Assembly: GCA_964553875.1 (NCBI GenBank)
Contig: CAZKNH010000004.1
Coordinates: 5,391-69,390, forward strand
DNA: 64,000 nucleotides
Direction of reading: 5' to 3'
Source of the DNA: an uncultured Gammaproteobacteria bacterium
GTDB taxonomy: Bacteria; Pseudomonadota; Gammaproteobacteria; Steroidobacterales; Rariloculaceae
Shown: positions 62,824 to 64,000 of the stretch, one piece after another
How positions within the stretch are numbered: position 1 is the stretch's first letter
Layout of the letters: the number at the start of each line of letters is the position of its first letter
Notes under the pieces: model-generated
The model's database searches: none
The model's input: only the letters and a program-made list of their open reading frames with translations
Told to the model about the DNA's origin: nothing
Program-made: the position numbers and the translations under genes

Positions 62824-64000
62824 ATGAGCACGAGGAAACACATCGTCCGCCGTCGACCGACGATCGCGTGGGTGCTCGCCGTCGCCTTCGCGGCGTCGGC
62901 GCACGCGGCCGTCGAGGTGCGCGTCGAGGGTCTCGGCGACGAGCTCGCACGCAACGTGCGGGCCTTTCTGTCGATCGCCGAGCTCGAGGACGCCGGACGG
63001 GACGCAGCTGCTCCCTCCGAAGACGAGCGGGATGACGGGTCCCCGGAGGACGACGAGGACGCGACGGAGGCGAGGATCCGCCGGCTGCACGCCGCGGCGG
63101 AAGGCGAGATCGCGGCCGCGCTGCAGCCTTTCGGATACTACGAGCCGGCCGTGACGGCGACGCTCGAGCGCGACGGCGACGATTGGGTCGCGCGCTACGT
63201 CGTCGATCCCGGCCCGCCGACGACGATCACCGAGGTCGACATCCGCGTCGTTGGCGAAGGCGCCGACGACCCGGCGGTGCGCGCCGCTCGGCAGGCGATC
63301 ACGCTCGCGCCCGGTCAAGTGCTCCGACATGCGCGCTACGAGGCCGCGAAGCAGGCGCTGTTCGATGCGGCGTACAACGCAGGCTTCATCGACGTCATGT
63401 ACCGGCGCTCCGAGCTGCGCGTGCACCGTGCGCGGCGCGAGGCGTCCGTCCACCTCGAGCTCGATACCGGCCCCCGCTATTACTTCGGCGACATCACGAT
63501 CGAGCAGGACATCCTGTACGAGAGCTTCGTCGAACGCTTCGTGCCGATTCGCCGCGGCGAGCCTTTCGATACCGACCGGCTCCTGCAGCTGCAGATCGCG
63601 CTGAACGACAGCGGCTATTTCAGCGACGTCGTGATCGACGTCGAGCGCGAGCGCGCCGAGGGTCACCACATCCCGGTCGTCGTGCGCACGACGCCGCGGC
63701 GCACGCAGGAGTACACCGTCGGCCTCGGCTACGGCACCGACACCGGGCCGCGCGTGAGCCTCGGCGTCGAGCTGCGCCGCATCAACCCTCGCGGGCACCG
63801 TTTCACGTCCGATCTGCGTCTGTCGAGCATCGAGCAGGCGATCGCCGCCGAATATCGCATTCCGCGCGAGCGCAATCCGTTGACCGATTTCCTCGCGCTG
63901 CGCGGCTCGCTCGGCAATCAGGAGATCGGCGACTGGGAGACCCGTCAGCAGTCGCTCGGCGCCTCGTGGCACGACGCGTGGCGCAGCTTCCAACGGCGGC
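62824..64000 (+). CDS. tamA: Translocation and assembly module outer membrane protein TamA (POTRA domains; 3' end beyond the window)
   Basis: Absent from the track because there is no stop in the window. My translation from ATG 62824 gives MSTRKHIVRRRPTIAWVLAVAFAASAHA AVEVRVEGLGDELARNVRAFLSI..LQPFGYYEPAVTATLERDGDDWVARYVVDPGPPTTI..GPRYYFGDITIEQD..RGEPFDTDRLLQLQIALNDSGYFSDV..YTVGLGYGTDTGPRVSLGVE. Frame open to base 64000. Confidence 0.75.
   Translation, partial: MSTRKHIVRRRPTIAWVLAVAFAASAHAAVEVRVEGLGDELARNVRAFLSIAELEDAGRDAAAPSEDERDDGSPEDDEDATEARIRRLHAAAEGEIAAALQPFGYYEPAVTATLERDGDDWVARYVVDPGPPTTITEVDIRVVGEGADDPAVRAARQAITLAPGQVLRHARYEAAKQALFDAAYNAGFIDVMYRRSELRVHRARREASVHLELDTGPRYYFGDITIEQDILYESFVERFVPIRRGEPFDTDRLLQLQIALNDSGYFSDVVIDVERERAEGHHIPVVVRTTPRRTQEYTVGLGYGTDTGPRVSLGVELRRINPRGHRFTSDLRLSSIEQAIAAEYRIPRERNPLTDFLALRGSLGNQEIGDWETRQQSLGASWHDAWRSFQRR

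Noticed and set aside
62692-63993. 433-aa minus-strand ORF
   Set aside because: Antisense to the open tamA frame, which has a signal peptide and POTRA-type sequence.
1-64000. Scan of intergenic regions for tRNA, rRNA, riboswitch-like or CRISPR repeat structures
   Set aside because: The intergenic regions are short (mostly under 220 bp). I saw no cloverleaf-like, rRNA-like or regularly spaced repeat patterns. Covariance-model searches (tRNAscan-SE, Infernal/Rfam) would be needed to exclude small ncRNAs.

Overview
Very GC-rich chromosomal segment; most third codon positions are G/C, and the gene content suggests a Gram-negative proteobacterium. I support about 55 protein-coding genes. I saw no rRNA, tRNA, CRISPR array, transposase or integrase. 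Most long ORFs in the track are antisense or out-of-frame shadows typical of high-GC DNA. Two real genes are missing from the track because they run off the window: a CxxCH lipoprotein (1-921, minus) and TamA (62824-64000, plus).

Gene content from left to right:
- ECF sigma / zf-HC2 anti-sigma / subtilase (S8) lipoprotein operon.
- An 8-gene co-directional minus-strand block: Sel1-repeat protein, secreted vWA protein, ABC ATPase, MacB/FtsX-type permease, gnd-zwf-pgl, outer membrane protein.
- DUF748 protein, glycolate oxidase glcDEF, DUF3667 protein, GH88/105-like protein.
- A solitary DUF222-HNH endonuclease gene.
- gph-dhaKL-HAD-class II aldolase operon, with visibly lower GC.
- A quinoprotein island: two PQQ dehydrogenases, two paralogous uncharacterised secreted proteins and a DUF6152 protein.
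- SLC13 transporter, hflKC, YihY-family protein, hybrid histidine kinase.
- TetR plus an RND tripartite efflux pump.
- A third PQQ dehydrogenase tightly followed by a class V (serine/alanine-glyoxylate type) aminotransferase.
- bfd/bfr, cardiolipin synthase, PAP2 phosphatase, DegP-family protease, phhB.
- Orphan receiver, hemerythrin, a HAD-phosphatase/P-loop ATPase fusion, a second hybrid kinase, GMC oxidoreductase, tamA.

Best candidates for undescribed biology:
1. The ECF operon, where the anti-sigma periplasmic domain resembles the pro-region of the co-transcribed subtilase.
2. The translationally coupled Sel1-vWA-ABC-MacB-type permease module.
3. The HAD-IIB/HerA-like ATPase fusion, which sits in a hemerythrin and two-component locus.

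All family assignments come from motif recognition by eye. No database searches were run.
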